Assembly: GCA_016934265.1 (NCBI GenBank)
Contig: JAFGTF010000078.1
Location: 10,459 to 74,458 of the forward strand
Reading direction: 5' to 3'
DNA from: Spirochaetota bacterium
GTDB lineage: Bacteria > Spirochaetota > B62-G9 > DRHN01
Length of the DNA stretch: 64,000 bases
Part shown: piece by piece, positions 8,787 through 18,439 of the stretch
How positions within the stretch are numbered: position 1 is the stretch's first letter
Layout of the letters: the number at the start of each line of letters is the position of its first letter
The notes under the pieces: generated by a model
Told to the model about the DNA's origin: nothing
Database searches by the model: none
Seen by the model: the letters and a program-made list of their open reading frames with translations, nothing else
Translations under genes and position numbers: made by a program

Positions 8787-11120
8787 ATGAGAATTCATGA
8801 GTTAGCCAAAAAGCAGGAAATGCCGACGAGAGAGGTGTTGAAGGCACTGAGCACTCTCGGTATAAAGAACAAGAAATCGGCGAGCCTGCTGAGTAAAGAG
8901 GAGCTTGAGAAGTTTAAGGAATATATCAGCGCGAATAAAGACAACAAACCCGAAGTGTCCCTCATAAAGAAGAAACCGAAAGAGGAGGAAGAGGAACACA
9001 AGAAGATCGTCATCAAGAAGAAGAAGGTGGTAATACTCAAAAAGTCCCACAGGCCGGAACCCGCGAAGGAAGAACCGAAAGTAAAAAAACCGTTAAAAAA
9101 GCGTCCCGAGAGACCTGCGGCACAGCGGAAGCCGAAGGAAGCAGGTCAGAAAGGGGTAAAGGAAGATAAAAAACCGGTATACAAGCTGAAAGAAAAAAAG
9201 GCCACGACCGCGGACGAGACCAAGAAGGCTCCGTCGAAGAAGGGAATAAAAGACAGGAAACGTTACGGCTTCAGAAGGAGCAGGGATGATGAAGAGGGAA
9301 GCATCGACAAAATCCTGCAGCACAAACGAAAGGACCAGAGGATCGTCGCCAACCCGATTCCCAAAGAGATTGAAATCCTCGAAACGATCACGGTGGGAGA
9401 GCTCGCGCGAAAGATGAACCTCAAGGCGAGCGATCTCATCGCAAAGCTCATCACCCTCGGTGTAATGGCTCGTATCAACGATCAGATCGATTCGGAAACG
9501 GCAACGTTGGTGGCCGCGGAGTACGGCAGCCACACGAAGGTCGTCTCTCTCTACGAGGAGACCGTTATCGAGGAGGAGAAAGACAAACCGGAAGACCTCA
9601 TACACCGGCCGCCGGTCGTCACAATAATGGGTCATGTCGATCATGGAAAGACGAAGCTTCTCGACGTAATCAGGAACTCGAATATCGTAGGATCCGAGTC
9701 CGGCGGTATAACCCAGCATATCGGCGCGTACAGGGTTACAATCGGCGATAAGTCCATATGTTTTCTGGATACGCCCGGCCATGAGGCATTCACCATGATG
9801 CGGGCGCGCGGCGCGAAGGTGACCGATATCGTGGTACTCGTCGTTGCGGCCGACGACGGCGTTATGCCCCAGACCGTCGAGGCGATAGATCATGCAAAAG
9901 AGGCGGGCGTCCCGCTTGTCGTGGCGATCAACAAGATGGATATACACGGCGCCAATCCCGACAAGGTTAGAAATGAGCTCGCGGAAAGGGGCGTTGTACC
10001 CGAAGAGTGGGGGGGCGACACGCTCATGGTCGAGGTCTCCGCATTGAAAAAAACCGGGATAGACGGCCTTCTAGAAGCCATTCTCCTTCAGGCGGATATG
10101 CTGGACCTCAAGGCGAATCCCAACCGGCGTGCATCGGGGACGATAGTCGAGTCCAAGATCGATTCCGGCAGGGGTATCGTCACGACTGTTCTGATCCAGA
10201 ACGGCACCCTGAAACTCCAGTCGCCTTTTATCGCCGGCGTATTCCCCGGAAGAGTCAGGGCCATGTTCGACGAGTACGGAGAGGAGGTACGCGAGGCGCT
10301 TCCTTCGGATCCCGTCGAAGTCATCGGGCTCTCCGGTATGCCGGAGTCGGGCGATCCGTTCCAGGTAACCGAGCACGAGAAGTTCGCAAAGCAGATCGGG
10401 CAGAAACGCCAGGAGTTGAAACGGCTCGAAGAGTCGAAGAACGTGAAGAAGATCACACTCGAAAATCTCTACGAGCAGATCAAGGACGGGGAGGTCTTAG
10501 AGCTCAAGGTCATTATCAAGGCGGACGTACAGGGGTCCGTAGAGGCGTTGCAGGACTCGTTGAGCAAGCTTTCCACCTCACAGGTGAGGTTGAACTGCAT
10601 ACATACCGGCGTGGGTGCCATAAACAAGCCTGATATCATACTCGCATCCGCCTCGAATGCGATCATAATAGGATTTCGTGTCCGGCCCAACTCGCTGGCC
10701 GCCGAGATGGCGAAAAAGGAGAAGGTCGAAATCAAGCGGTACAGCATCATCTATGACGTGATAGACGATGTAAAATCGGCAATGGAGGGGCTGCTCGCAC
10801 CGGAGCTGCGGGAAGAGATCGTCGGAAATGCGGAAGTGAGAGCGGTCTTCAAGGTGCCGAAGCAGGGTAATGTGGCTGGCTCCTATGTGAAAAGCGGGAG
10901 GATCCAGAGAAGCGACAAAGTGCGAATAATCCGGGACGGCATCGAGCTGTATACGGGAACGATTTCGAGCCTCAGGAGATTCAAAGAGGACGCAAGAGAG
11001 GTGACGGAAGGGTTCGAGTGCGGGATCAAGGTGGAGAATTTCGACAATATCAAGGAAGGGGACGTCTTAGAGACCTTTGTAGTCCATGAGATAGCACGGA
11101 AGCTCGAGACAAAGGCCTGA
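8787..11120 (+). CDS. infB: Translation initiation factor IF-2
   Basis: [31 protein letters not shown]. Confidence 0.98.
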   Translation: MRIHELAKKQEMPTREVLKALSTLGIKNKKSASLLSKEELEKFKEYISANKDNKPEVSLIKKKPKEEEEEHKKIVIKKKKVVILKKSHRPEPAKEEPKVKKPLKKRPERPAAQRKPKEAGQKGVKEDKKPVYKLKEKKATTADETKKAPSKKGIKDRKRYGFRRSRDDEEGSIDKILQHKRKDQRIVANPIPKEIEILETITVGELARKMNLKASDLIAKLITLGVMARINDQIDSETATLVAAEYGSHTKVVSLYEETVIEEEKDKPEDLIHRPPVVTIMGHVDHGKTKLLDVIRNSNIVGSESGGITQHIGAYRVTIGDKSICFLDTPGHEAFTMMRARGAKVTDIVVLVVAADDGVMPQTVEAIDHAKEAGVPLVVAINKMDIHGANPDKVRNELAERGVVPEEWGGDTLMVEVSALKKTGIDGLLEAILLQADMLDLKANPNRRASGTIVESKIDSGRGIVTTVLIQNGTLKLQSPFIAGVFPGRVRAMFDEYGEEVREALPSDPVEVIGLSGMPESGDPFQVTEHEKFAKQIGQKRQELKRLEESKNVKKITLENLYEQIKDGEVLELKVIIKADVQGSVEALQDSLSKLSTSQVRLNCIHTGVGAINKPDIILASASNAIIIGFRVRPNSLAAEMAKKEKVEIKRYSIIYDVIDDVKSAMEGLLAPELREEIVGNAEVRAVFKVPKQGNVAGSYVKSGRIQRSDKVRIIRDGIELYTGTISSLRRFKEDAREVTEGFECGIKVENFDNIKEGDVLETFVVHEIARKLETKA

Positions 11121-11176
11121 GACTGCATACGTGCAGGATTAGCCCGCACTATTTATTCGGACGAGTCTACGGTACA

Positions 11177-11536
11177 ATGAGCGCGAACTTTAAAAAGAGA
11201 AGAGTGGAGGAGCTCATAAAGGAAAAACTTTCGACTCTTCTCCTGAAAGGTTTGAAAGACCCGAGACTCGATGTCTTCATCACGGTTCTTGACGTAACGC
11301 TTTCCGGGGACGGCAGGTCGGCGAGGGTGACCGTATCCGTGATCGGCTCGCCGCAGGAGCGGAAGGCGGCGCTCAAGGGGCTCGAGAGCGCGCGCGGATA
11401 CATACAGATGAGGATCGGGAAGGGGATGAGGATCAAATACATTCCCCACCTCATTTTTCTTCTCGACGAGGGTACGGAAGAAAGGGTCAGATTCGTTCAC
11501 TGGATGAGCGAGATGGAAAGAAGGGACAATGAATGA
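11177..11536 (+). CDS. rbfA: Ribosome-binding factor A
   Basis: LKDPRL...PHLIFLLD; follows infB. Confidence 0.93.
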   Translation: MSANFKKRRVEELIKEKLSTLLLKGLKDPRLDVFITVLDVTLSGDGRSARVTVSVIGSPQERKAALKGLESARGYIQMRIGKGMRIKYIPHLIFLLDEGTEERVRFVHWMSEMERRDNE

Positions 11537-11583
11537 GGGTCATCCCCGGTTGGTAGCGGTGTACTCTAAATTCATGGCAGAGG

Positions 11584-12582
11584 ATGAGAACGGTAGGTAG
11601 CGATCGTAAAATATGGCGGTTCCTGATGGAATCGAACCGGACCGTACTGACGACGCACGTACGGCCCGACGGAGACGGTATCGCATCGGAGCTTGCTCTC
11701 TTTCAAATTCTGAAATCACTCGGCAGGGAAGTGCACATTATCAACCACGACCCCGTACCCGAGATATATGAATGGCTTCCTTTTTCCGATATCATAAAAA
11801 GTACTAGGGGCGGAAACGTTCCCTTGCTCGATTCGATAGACCTTTCGGTTCTTTTGGACTGCGCGAGCGAAAACCGCATTGGTAGCGCCTGCGAGGTTAT
11901 CCGTAACTCCCGAGATATCGTCAGCATCGATCACCACGAAGGAAACGAATGCTTCAGGGATTACTGCTACATAGATACGAGCGCGTCGAGCATCGGCGAG
12001 ATTCTCTATTCGCTCGTGCCTGATATAAAAAGGCTGCTCGACAGAGACCTCGCCACATGCCTGTACGTCTCGATTATGACCGATACGGGGAGCTTCGCCT
12101 ATTCGAACACCACGCCGGCGGTATTCAGGATAGTATCCGAGCTGATCGAATACGGACTGGCCCCCGACGAGATCTATAAGAACATCTACAACCACAAGCG
12201 GATCGGCCACTTCCGTCTTCTCGGTAAGGCGCTGGAGAGAATGGAGAGGGACGAGTCGGGCAGAGTCGTGTCGGTGCTGCTCCCGCTGAAGCTCTACCGG
12301 GAGTCCGGGGCGGTCGAGGAGGACAACGAGGGTATTCTGGAGGTGATTCGAGGCCTGGGAGGAATCGAGCTCATCATACTCCTCCGCCAGATCGACGAAA
12401 CCATGCTCAAGTGCAGCCTCAGATCCGTCAATTCGATAGACTGCAGTCATCTTGCTCGGCTTTTCGACGGCGGGGGACATTTCAAGGCTGCAGGCTTCGT
12501 GCTGAAGGGCGACGTAGAGAAGACGGGGAAGTCGATCGTGGAGAAGATACTGCGGGAGGTGAAGGAGTGCGGGTGGCTGTAG
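11584..12582 (+). CDS. nrnA: DHH/DHHA1 phosphoesterase (NrnA-type nanoRNase/pAp phosphatase)
   Basis: HVRPDGDG, IDHH, TDTGSF, GGGHFKAAG. Confidence 0.88.
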   Translation: MRTVGSDRKIWRFLMESNRTVLTTHVRPDGDGIASELALFQILKSLGREVHIINHDPVPEIYEWLPFSDIIKSTRGGNVPLLDSIDLSVLLDCASENRIGSACEVIRNSRDIVSIDHHEGNECFRDYCYIDTSASSIGEILYSLVPDIKRLLDRDLATCLYVSIMTDTGSFAYSNTTPAVFRIVSELIEYGLAPDEIYKNIYNHKRIGHFRLLGKALERMERDESGRVVSVLLPLKLYRESGAVEEDNEGILEVIRGLGGIELIILLRQIDETMLKCSLRSVNSIDCSHLARLFDGGGHFKAAGFVLKGDVEKTGKSIVEKILREVKECGWL

Positions 12583-13520
12583 ACGGAGTGCTCCTCATCG
12601 ACAAGGAAGAGGGGATGACATCGTTCGAGACCGTGCGAAAGGTACGCGGTACGCTCGGCGTCAGGAAGGCGGGGCATGCGGGTACGCTCGACAAGGCGGC
12701 GAGCGGGCTTCTTCTCGTCTGTATCAACAGAGCCACGGCCGTTCAGAACATACTCATGGGGAGCAGCAAGCGATACAGCGCCGTCATTCGGCTCGGCACC
12801 GAGACAGACACCCTCGACAGGTACGGCCGGGTCGTGAAAACCGGACCGGTACCGCGTATCACAAAGGAAAAGATCGAACGGGCGCTTGAAAATTTTCGGG
12901 GTCCCATACGACAAACGCCGCCGCTGTTCTCGGCCATCCACCACGAAGGGGAACGCCTCTACAAGAAGGCGATGAAAGGTGAGCGGCCGAGCGTGAAGCC
13001 GCGGGATGTGGTCATACACGAGCTCGTGCTCTCGGGCTTTACGAACGACACCATCGAGATAGAGGCGTACGCATCGAAGGGAACGTACATACGGTCGCTT
13101 GGCAGGGACATCGCGGACAGTCTCGGTACCTGCGGCTCGCTCACATCGCTTCGAAGGCTTTCGATAGGTCCTTTCTCCGTGGTGAATGCGGTACGTCTGC
13201 GAGATATCGACGGACCGGAGGCGGTCGTCCCGCTTGAAGAGGCTCTCGGTTACCTGCCGGCAGTCGAAGTGGGTGAGGAGGAAGCTTCCATGGTTAAAAA
13301 CGGTATCCCGCCGGGCCGTGCGCTTAAGCGGCATTGGGCCGCTTTCGGCTCTTTGGAGCTTTCGGGTCCCCGGCCGGTTCCCGGTCTCGATTCTTTCTCC
13401 CGGGTGATGTCGGAGGGTCGCCTCATCGCAATTGTGACACGGGGCAGAGGCCTCGGTACAGCGGTCGGTACCGGGCAAAACACCGCACTGCGCTATTTCA
13501 AGGTATTCAAGGACGGGTAA
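12573..13520 (+). CDS. truB: tRNA pseudouridine(55) synthase
   Basis: KAGHAGTLD and SKGTYIRSL motifs; GTG 12573 follows AAGGAG and overlaps the end of the DHH gene. Confidence 0.94.
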   Translation: MAVDGVLLIDKEEGMTSFETVRKVRGTLGVRKAGHAGTLDKAASGLLLVCINRATAVQNILMGSSKRYSAVIRLGTETDTLDRYGRVVKTGPVPRITKEKIERALENFRGPIRQTPPLFSAIHHEGERLYKKAMKGERPSVKPRDVVIHELVLSGFTNDTIEIEAYASKGTYIRSLGRDIADSLGTCGSLTSLRRLSIGPFSVVNAVRLRDIDGPEAVVPLEEALGYLPAVEVGEEEASMVKNGIPPGRALKRHWAAFGSLELSGPRPVPGLDSFSRVMSEGRLIAIVTRGRGLGTAVGTGQNTALRYFKVFKDG

Positions 13521-13522
13521 GT

Positions 13523-14320
13523 GTGCACATAGTGGAGCGTATCGGGCGGGTGGACCCGTTCTCATTTTCCCTCGGGCTGACGATCGGGAATTTCGACGGT
13601 TTTCACCAGGGCCATAAAAAGATCATCGAAGAACTCGTTTCCGAAACAAGAAAAAGAAATCTCTATTCGGCAGTCATTACCTTCAAAGATCATCCCCTGA
13701 AATTGATCAATAATGGAGCGCCCCCGCAGCTCATGTCGCGGATGGAAAAGATCGAGGGATTCGAAAAACTAGGAGTCGACCTCCTTTACCATGTCGATTT
13801 CGATGAAACGATGTGCGGCATGAAGCCGCTTCGGTTTCTTACGCTGCTCGGCGAAACGCTCGGTCCGAAGCTGTACTGTCTTGGGCACGGTTTCAGGTTC
13901 GGCTCGAACAACGAGGGAGATGTCACCCTTATTGAACGGTATGGAAGCGATCTCGGTTACGGTCTGATAGAGGTGGACGACGTACAGCTCGATGGAAGCC
14001 TTGTATCGAGCACCAGGATACGGGAAGCGGTACGATGCGGGAACATCGAAACCGCCAATCGTCTCCTCGGACGGCCTTATGCGGTGTGGCTTGAACGAAG
14101 GAAGCCGGACGTAAAAAGGCTTGATCCCTTTCTTCCGCATACGGCGTTTCCTCCCGACGGCGCATACGAAGGCGAGTTGCTTGCGGTGGGGACGGGAGAG
14201 AGGTCGCGTCGGCTTGTAACGGTCTCGAAGGACAGCCTTACGGCGGATGCAGGATACAGGGGAACAGGAACATTATTCAGGTTTTTCTTTATAACCGGTA
14301 GAGCGGAAAAAGGATTTTGA
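13523..14320 (+). CDS. ribF: FAD synthetase (RibF N-terminal domain); riboflavin kinase domain degenerate or absent
   Basis: IGNFDGFHQGH, FRFG, VSSTRIR and LLGRPY are present; there is no GRxxGFPTAN kinase motif and the protein is only ~265 aa. Confidence 0.8.
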   Translation: MHIVERIGRVDPFSFSLGLTIGNFDGFHQGHKKIIEELVSETRKRNLYSAVITFKDHPLKLINNGAPPQLMSRMEKIEGFEKLGVDLLYHVDFDETMCGMKPLRFLTLLGETLGPKLYCLGHGFRFGSNNEGDVTLIERYGSDLGYGLIEVDDVQLDGSLVSSTRIREAVRCGNIETANRLLGRPYAVWLERRKPDVKRLDPFLPHTAFPPDGAYEGELLAVGTGERSRRLVTVSKDSLTADAGYRGTGTLFRFFFITGRAEKGF

Positions 14321-14445
14321 TATTTATTATAAAAAGAGTATATTACAAGTGATTCAACAGATTGTTGTTCGCCCATTTTGTTTTTTAAAAGCAAGCTGGT
14401 ACAGCATTCATGTTGTCATTTCATATTAACAGGCAGGAGCGGTAG

Positions 14446-14715
14446 ATGACGTTGGCAAAGGAGAAGAAGGAAGGTATCATCGGAAATTTTAGGACCCACG
14501 ATGCCGATACAGGTTCCCCCGAGGTGCAGATCGCGCTCTTTACGGAGCGTATCAACCAGCTCACCGAGCATTTCAAGATCCACACAAAGGATCATCACTC
14601 GAGGAGGGGGCTTCTGAAGCTCGTCGGTCAGAGAAGAAGGCTTCTGGATTATCTTAAGAAGAAGGATATCCAGAGGTACAGAGACATTATCGAAAAATTA
14701 GGAATAAGGAAATAG
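14446..14715 (+). CDS. rpsO: 30S ribosomal protein S15
   Basis: [25 protein letters not shown]. Confidence 0.98.
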   Translation: MTLAKEKKEGIIGNFRTHDADTGSPEVQIALFTERINQLTEHFKIHTKDHHSRRGLLKLVGQRRRLLDYLKKKDIQRYRDIIEKLGIRK

Positions 14716-14728
14716 GTACAAAGTATTT

Positions 14729-16987
14729 ATGAATGAAACAATAGAATTATCAATAGGTAGCGGGAAACTGATATTCGAGACAGGAAAGATCGCGCGGCAG
14801 GCTAACGGAAGCGCGATGGTGCTGTACGAGGGCTCGGCAGTGTTGGCAACCGCCTGCACCGCGAAATCTGACAAGCCGCTCGACTATCTGCCACTCACAG
14901 TCAACTATTCGGAGAGGTACTATGCCGCGGGGAAGATACCGGGCGGATTCATCAAGAGAGAGGGAAGACCGAAGGACAAGGAGATCCTCGTCTCCCGCCT
15001 TATCGACAGGCCTATACGGCCGCTATTCCCGAAAATGTACAGGAACGAGATCCAGGTCATAGTAACGACCATATCCGCGGACCAGATCAACCCGCCGGAT
15101 ATCCTGGCGATGAACGGCGCATCGCTGGCGCTCGGGCTTTCCGATATCCCGTTCTCGAAACTCGTCGGAGCGGTACGGGTGGGTCTCATAGACGGTAGTT
15201 ATATCGTTAATCCCACATTCGAAGAGATTGAGAATTCAAAACTCGATCTCGTCGTCGCGGGTACGGACGATGCGATCGTCATGGTGGAAGGCGGCGGTAA
15301 GGAGCTGTCTGAGGACGAGCTCTTAGAAGGAATATCGTTCGCAGAGGGACATATCAGAGAGATCATAAAGGCGCAGGAAGCGCTCGTCGCAAGATCGGGA
15401 AAGAAAAAGATAGACGTCCCCGGGGAAACGGTGGACCAAAACCTCGTAAACGAGGTGCGTAGGCGTGCGCTTCCCCTTTACGAGAGTGCATGCTTCATAC
15501 CCACCAAGATGGAGCGTCAGGGCGCTCTCGAGGCGGCGGGCGACAAGGTGGTGTCGGAGATAAAGGAGAGCTTCGGCGAGGAATCGGTGCCGGTGATACG
15601 CGAGCTGCTCGAGGAACTCGAAAGGGAGATCGTCAGGAAATCGATTCTCGAGAAAGGGCTCCGCTCGGACGGCAGGGGCCTTACGGACATACGGCCGATC
15701 AGTATCGAGATAAACGTGCTGCCGAGAACGCACGGTTCCGCTCTATTCACGCGCGGCGAGACGCAGAGCCTCGCGATCACGAGCCTCGGTTCGGTGAACG
15801 ACGAACAGCGGCTTGACGACATTGAGGGGGAAGGCTCCAAGAGCTTTATGCTCCATTACAACTTCCCGCCCTTCTCGGTCGGTGAGGTCGGATTCAGGTT
15901 CGGCACGTCGAGGCGTGAGATCGGCCACGGAAACCTCGCGGAACGCGCGATCGGTACCGTGATACCGTCGAAAGAGGAGTTTCCGTATACGGTCAGGCTC
16001 GTGTCGGAGATCACCGAGTCGAACGGGTCCTCGTCCATGGCGACGGTCTGCTCCGGAACGCTTTCGCTCTTGAGCGCCGGCGTTCCCCTCAGGGACTCGG
16101 TCGCAGGTGTGGCGATGGGTCTCGTATACGAGGAGGGAAAATACGCCGTGCTCACGGACATCCTCGGATCCGAGGACCATCTCGGCGATATGGATTTCAA
16201 GGTCGCGGGAACGAGAAACGGCATCACCGCGTTCCAGATGGACATAAAGATCAGCGGAATATCGACGGGGATAATGAAAGAGGCCCTCGAACAGGCTCGC
16301 GACGGCAGGCTGTTCATCCTGGACCAGATGGCGAAGGTGATAGGCCGTCCAGCGGAGAGCGTTTCGTCATACGCACCGAAGATATTCACGATGAAGGTGC
16401 CGACGGACAAGATAGGTACGGTTATTGGGTCGGGTGGCAAGACGATCCGGTCCATTATGGAGAAGACGGGATCGGAGATATGGGTCGTCGACGATGGAAC
16501 CGTTACCATCTCGAGTAAGAGCGAAGGCGAGGCCGAGATGGCGCACGAGATGATCCGCCAGCTCACGGAGGACGTCGAGGTCGGCAAGACCTATGAGGGA
16601 AAGGTGAAGCGTATCATGGATTTCGGGGCCTTTATCGAGGTTCTTCCGGGAAAGGAAGGTCTCTGCCACATATCGAAGCTCGACTTCAAGCGCGTCAATA
16701 AGGTCACCGATGTGCTCAAGGTGGGCGATACGGTCAAGGTCAAGGTCACGGAGATAGACGCCATGGGGAGAATAAACCTCTCGAGGAAAGCGGCGCTCCC
16801 CCAGGAGGACCGGCCCAGTGACGATAACGACAAAGATGACCGTCCAAGAGATGACCGTCCAAGAGACGACCGTCCAAGGGACGACCGTCCAAGGGACGAC
16901 CGTCCAAGGGACGACCGTCTCCCTCATGCCCGCTCCAGGAAGGACTCCTATCATAAACGGGACCGTTCCGATAGACACAGGAATTAA
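14729..16987 (+). CDS. pnp: Polyribonucleotide nucleotidyltransferase
   Basis: AAGKIPGGFIKRE, RREIGHG, ESNGSSSMA, DHLGDMDFKVAG, followed by KH and S1 domains. Confidence 0.98.
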   Translation: MNETIELSIGSGKLIFETGKIARQANGSAMVLYEGSAVLATACTAKSDKPLDYLPLTVNYSERYYAAGKIPGGFIKREGRPKDKEILVSRLIDRPIRPLFPKMYRNEIQVIVTTISADQINPPDILAMNGASLALGLSDIPFSKLVGAVRVGLIDGSYIVNPTFEEIENSKLDLVVAGTDDAIVMVEGGGKELSEDELLEGISFAEGHIREIIKAQEALVARSGKKKIDVPGETVDQNLVNEVRRRALPLYESACFIPTKMERQGALEAAGDKVVSEIKESFGEESVPVIRELLEELEREIVRKSILEKGLRSDGRGLTDIRPISIEINVLPRTHGSALFTRGETQSLAITSLGSVNDEQRLDDIEGEGSKSFMLHYNFPPFSVGEVGFRFGTSRREIGHGNLAERAIGTVIPSKEEFPYTVRLVSEITESNGSSSMATVCSGTLSLLSAGVPLRDSVAGVAMGLVYEEGKYAVLTDILGSEDHLGDMDFKVAGTRNGITAFQMDIKISGISTGIMKEALEQARDGRLFILDQMAKVIGRPAESVSSYAPKIFTMKVPTDKIGTVIGSGGKTIRSIMEKTGSEIWVVDDGTVTISSKSEGEAEMAHEMIRQLTEDVEVGKTYEGKVKRIMDFGAFIEVLPGKEGLCHISKLDFKRVNKVTDVLKVGDTVKVKVTEIDAMGRINLSRKAALPQEDRPSDDNDKDDRPRDDRPRDDRPRDDRPRDDRPRDDRLPHARSRKDSYHKRDRSDRHRN
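16835..16920 (+). repeat. 15-bp tandem repeat (5 full units plus a partial unit) encoding (DDRPR)n in the PNPase tail
   Basis: GATGACCGTCCAAGA x2, GACGACCGTCCAAGG x3, then GACGACCGTCT. Confidence 0.95.
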
Positions 16988-17032
16988 TCCCACCAAGCCG
17001 TTTTTTCCCCTGTATTGTTTTCTCACCACGAA

Positions 17033-17057
17033 AGGCGTTTGCATGAACGCTTCTTTT
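17033..17057 (+). terminator. Probable intrinsic terminator after pnp
   Basis: AGGCGTTT-gcat-GAACGCTT hairpin followed by CTTTT. Confidence 0.5.
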
Positions 17058-17105
17058 GTGGTACCCTCTATCAAAACGGCATAGTGCACCGTAAAGGAGA
17101 CGATT

Positions 17106-18434
17106 ATGGAAACCGATGTCAACAAGCTGCTCGAGAAGGCGAAACGGCCGTCTGAGGAGGCGCCCGGCCTCCACAAGAAATACAGGGGAAAGGTGGAGGT
17201 ACTGCCGCGGTGCAGGATAAAGGACATGAGCGACTTCAATATATGGTATACACCGGGGGTCTCCGCGCCGTGCCGGCTCATTCAGGATGACCCGGAGCTC
17301 GCCTATGAATATACCTGCAAATGGAACACCGTCGCCGTGGTATCGGACGGAACGAGAGTACTCGGGCTCGGAGATATCGGACCCCTCGCCGCGCTTCCAG
17401 TGATGGAGGGAAAGGCGCTCATTTTCAAGTATCTCGGCGGTGTGGACGCATTTCCGGTTTGCCTGGATACAAAGGACCCCGACCGTTTCATTGAGACGGT
17501 AAAGATTCTGCAGCCTTCATTCGGGGGGATAAACCTCGAGGATATCGCACAGCCGAAATGTTTCGAGATACTCGAGCGCCTGCGAAAGGAATGCGAGATA
17601 CCGGTATGGCACGACGATCAGCAGGGTACCGCGGCAGTGACCCTCGCGGGGCTCATTAACGCCCTGAAGGTCGTGGATAAGCGCATGGACGAAGCCAGGA
17701 TCGTTTTCTTAGGGGCCGGAGCTGCGAATATCCGGATAGCCGACGTCGTGTTCAAGGCAGGGGCCGATCCGAAGAAGTGCCTCATGGTTGACAGCAGGGG
17801 AATTCTTCACGAAGAGCGTGAGGACATACAGGGCGATCCCGAAAAGAAGGAGAAGTGGCATATCTGCCGGACAACGAACGGCGGACACGAAAAAGGAGAC
17901 GCCCCGCGAGCACTCGAAGGCGCAGATGTGCTTATCGCCCTGTCGAAGCCAGGTCCCGGTACGGTAAAGCCGGAGTGGATTCGGCGGATGGCCGTAAAGC
18001 CCGTAGTGTTCGCCTGCGCCAATCCGATACCCGAGATATGGCCGTGGGAGGCGAAAGAAGCCGGTGCTGCAGTCGTTGCCACCGGGAGGGGAGACTTTCC
18101 AAACCAGGTAAACAACTCGCTCGGATTTCCCGGTATCTTTAGGGGAACGCTCGATGTACGGGCAAAAACGATTACGGACGAGATGTGCATCGAAGCAGCG
18201 AAAGAGCTCGCGAAAACGGCCGAGGACAGGGGGCTTTCCGAGGACTATATCGTACCAACGATGGACGAGTGGGAGGTGTTCCCCCGTGAGGCCGCCGCGG
18301 TAGGCAGCAAGGCCGTGGCGCAGGGTATAGCGACAAAAGCGATGTCGAAAGAAGATATCTTCCGGGGTGCGGAAGATATCATACGTGAGGCGCGCGAGAA
18401 ATCGAGGCTGCTCATAGAAAGGTTATCCGGCTGA
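17106..18434 (+). CDS. NAD(P)-dependent malic enzyme
   Basis: VSDGTRVLGLGDIG, PVMEGK, INLEDI, HDDQQGT, GAGAA, PNQVNN. Confidence 0.93.
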   Translation: METDVNKLLEKAKRPSEEAPGLHKKYRGKVEVLPRCRIKDMSDFNIWYTPGVSAPCRLIQDDPELAYEYTCKWNTVAVVSDGTRVLGLGDIGPLAALPVMEGKALIFKYLGGVDAFPVCLDTKDPDRFIETVKILQPSFGGINLEDIAQPKCFEILERLRKECEIPVWHDDQQGTAAVTLAGLINALKVVDKRMDEARIVFLGAGAANIRIADVVFKAGADPKKCLMVDSRGILHEEREDIQGDPEKKEKWHICRTTNGGHEKGDAPRALEGADVLIALSKPGPGTVKPEWIRRMAVKPVVFACANPIPEIWPWEAKEAGAAVVATGRGDFPNQVNNSLGFPGIFRGTLDVRAKTITDEMCIEAAKELAKTAEDRGLSEDYIVPTMDEWEVFPREAAAVGSKAVAQGIATKAMSKEDIFRGAEDIIREAREKSRLLIERLSG

Positions 18435-18439
18435 AAGCG

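Noticed and set aside
12447..13565. 372-aa minus-strand ORF
   Set aside because: Antisense shadow of truB.
16835..16920. Repeat array considered as CRISPR
   Set aside because: Contiguous in-frame 15-bp units with no spacers and no cas genes.
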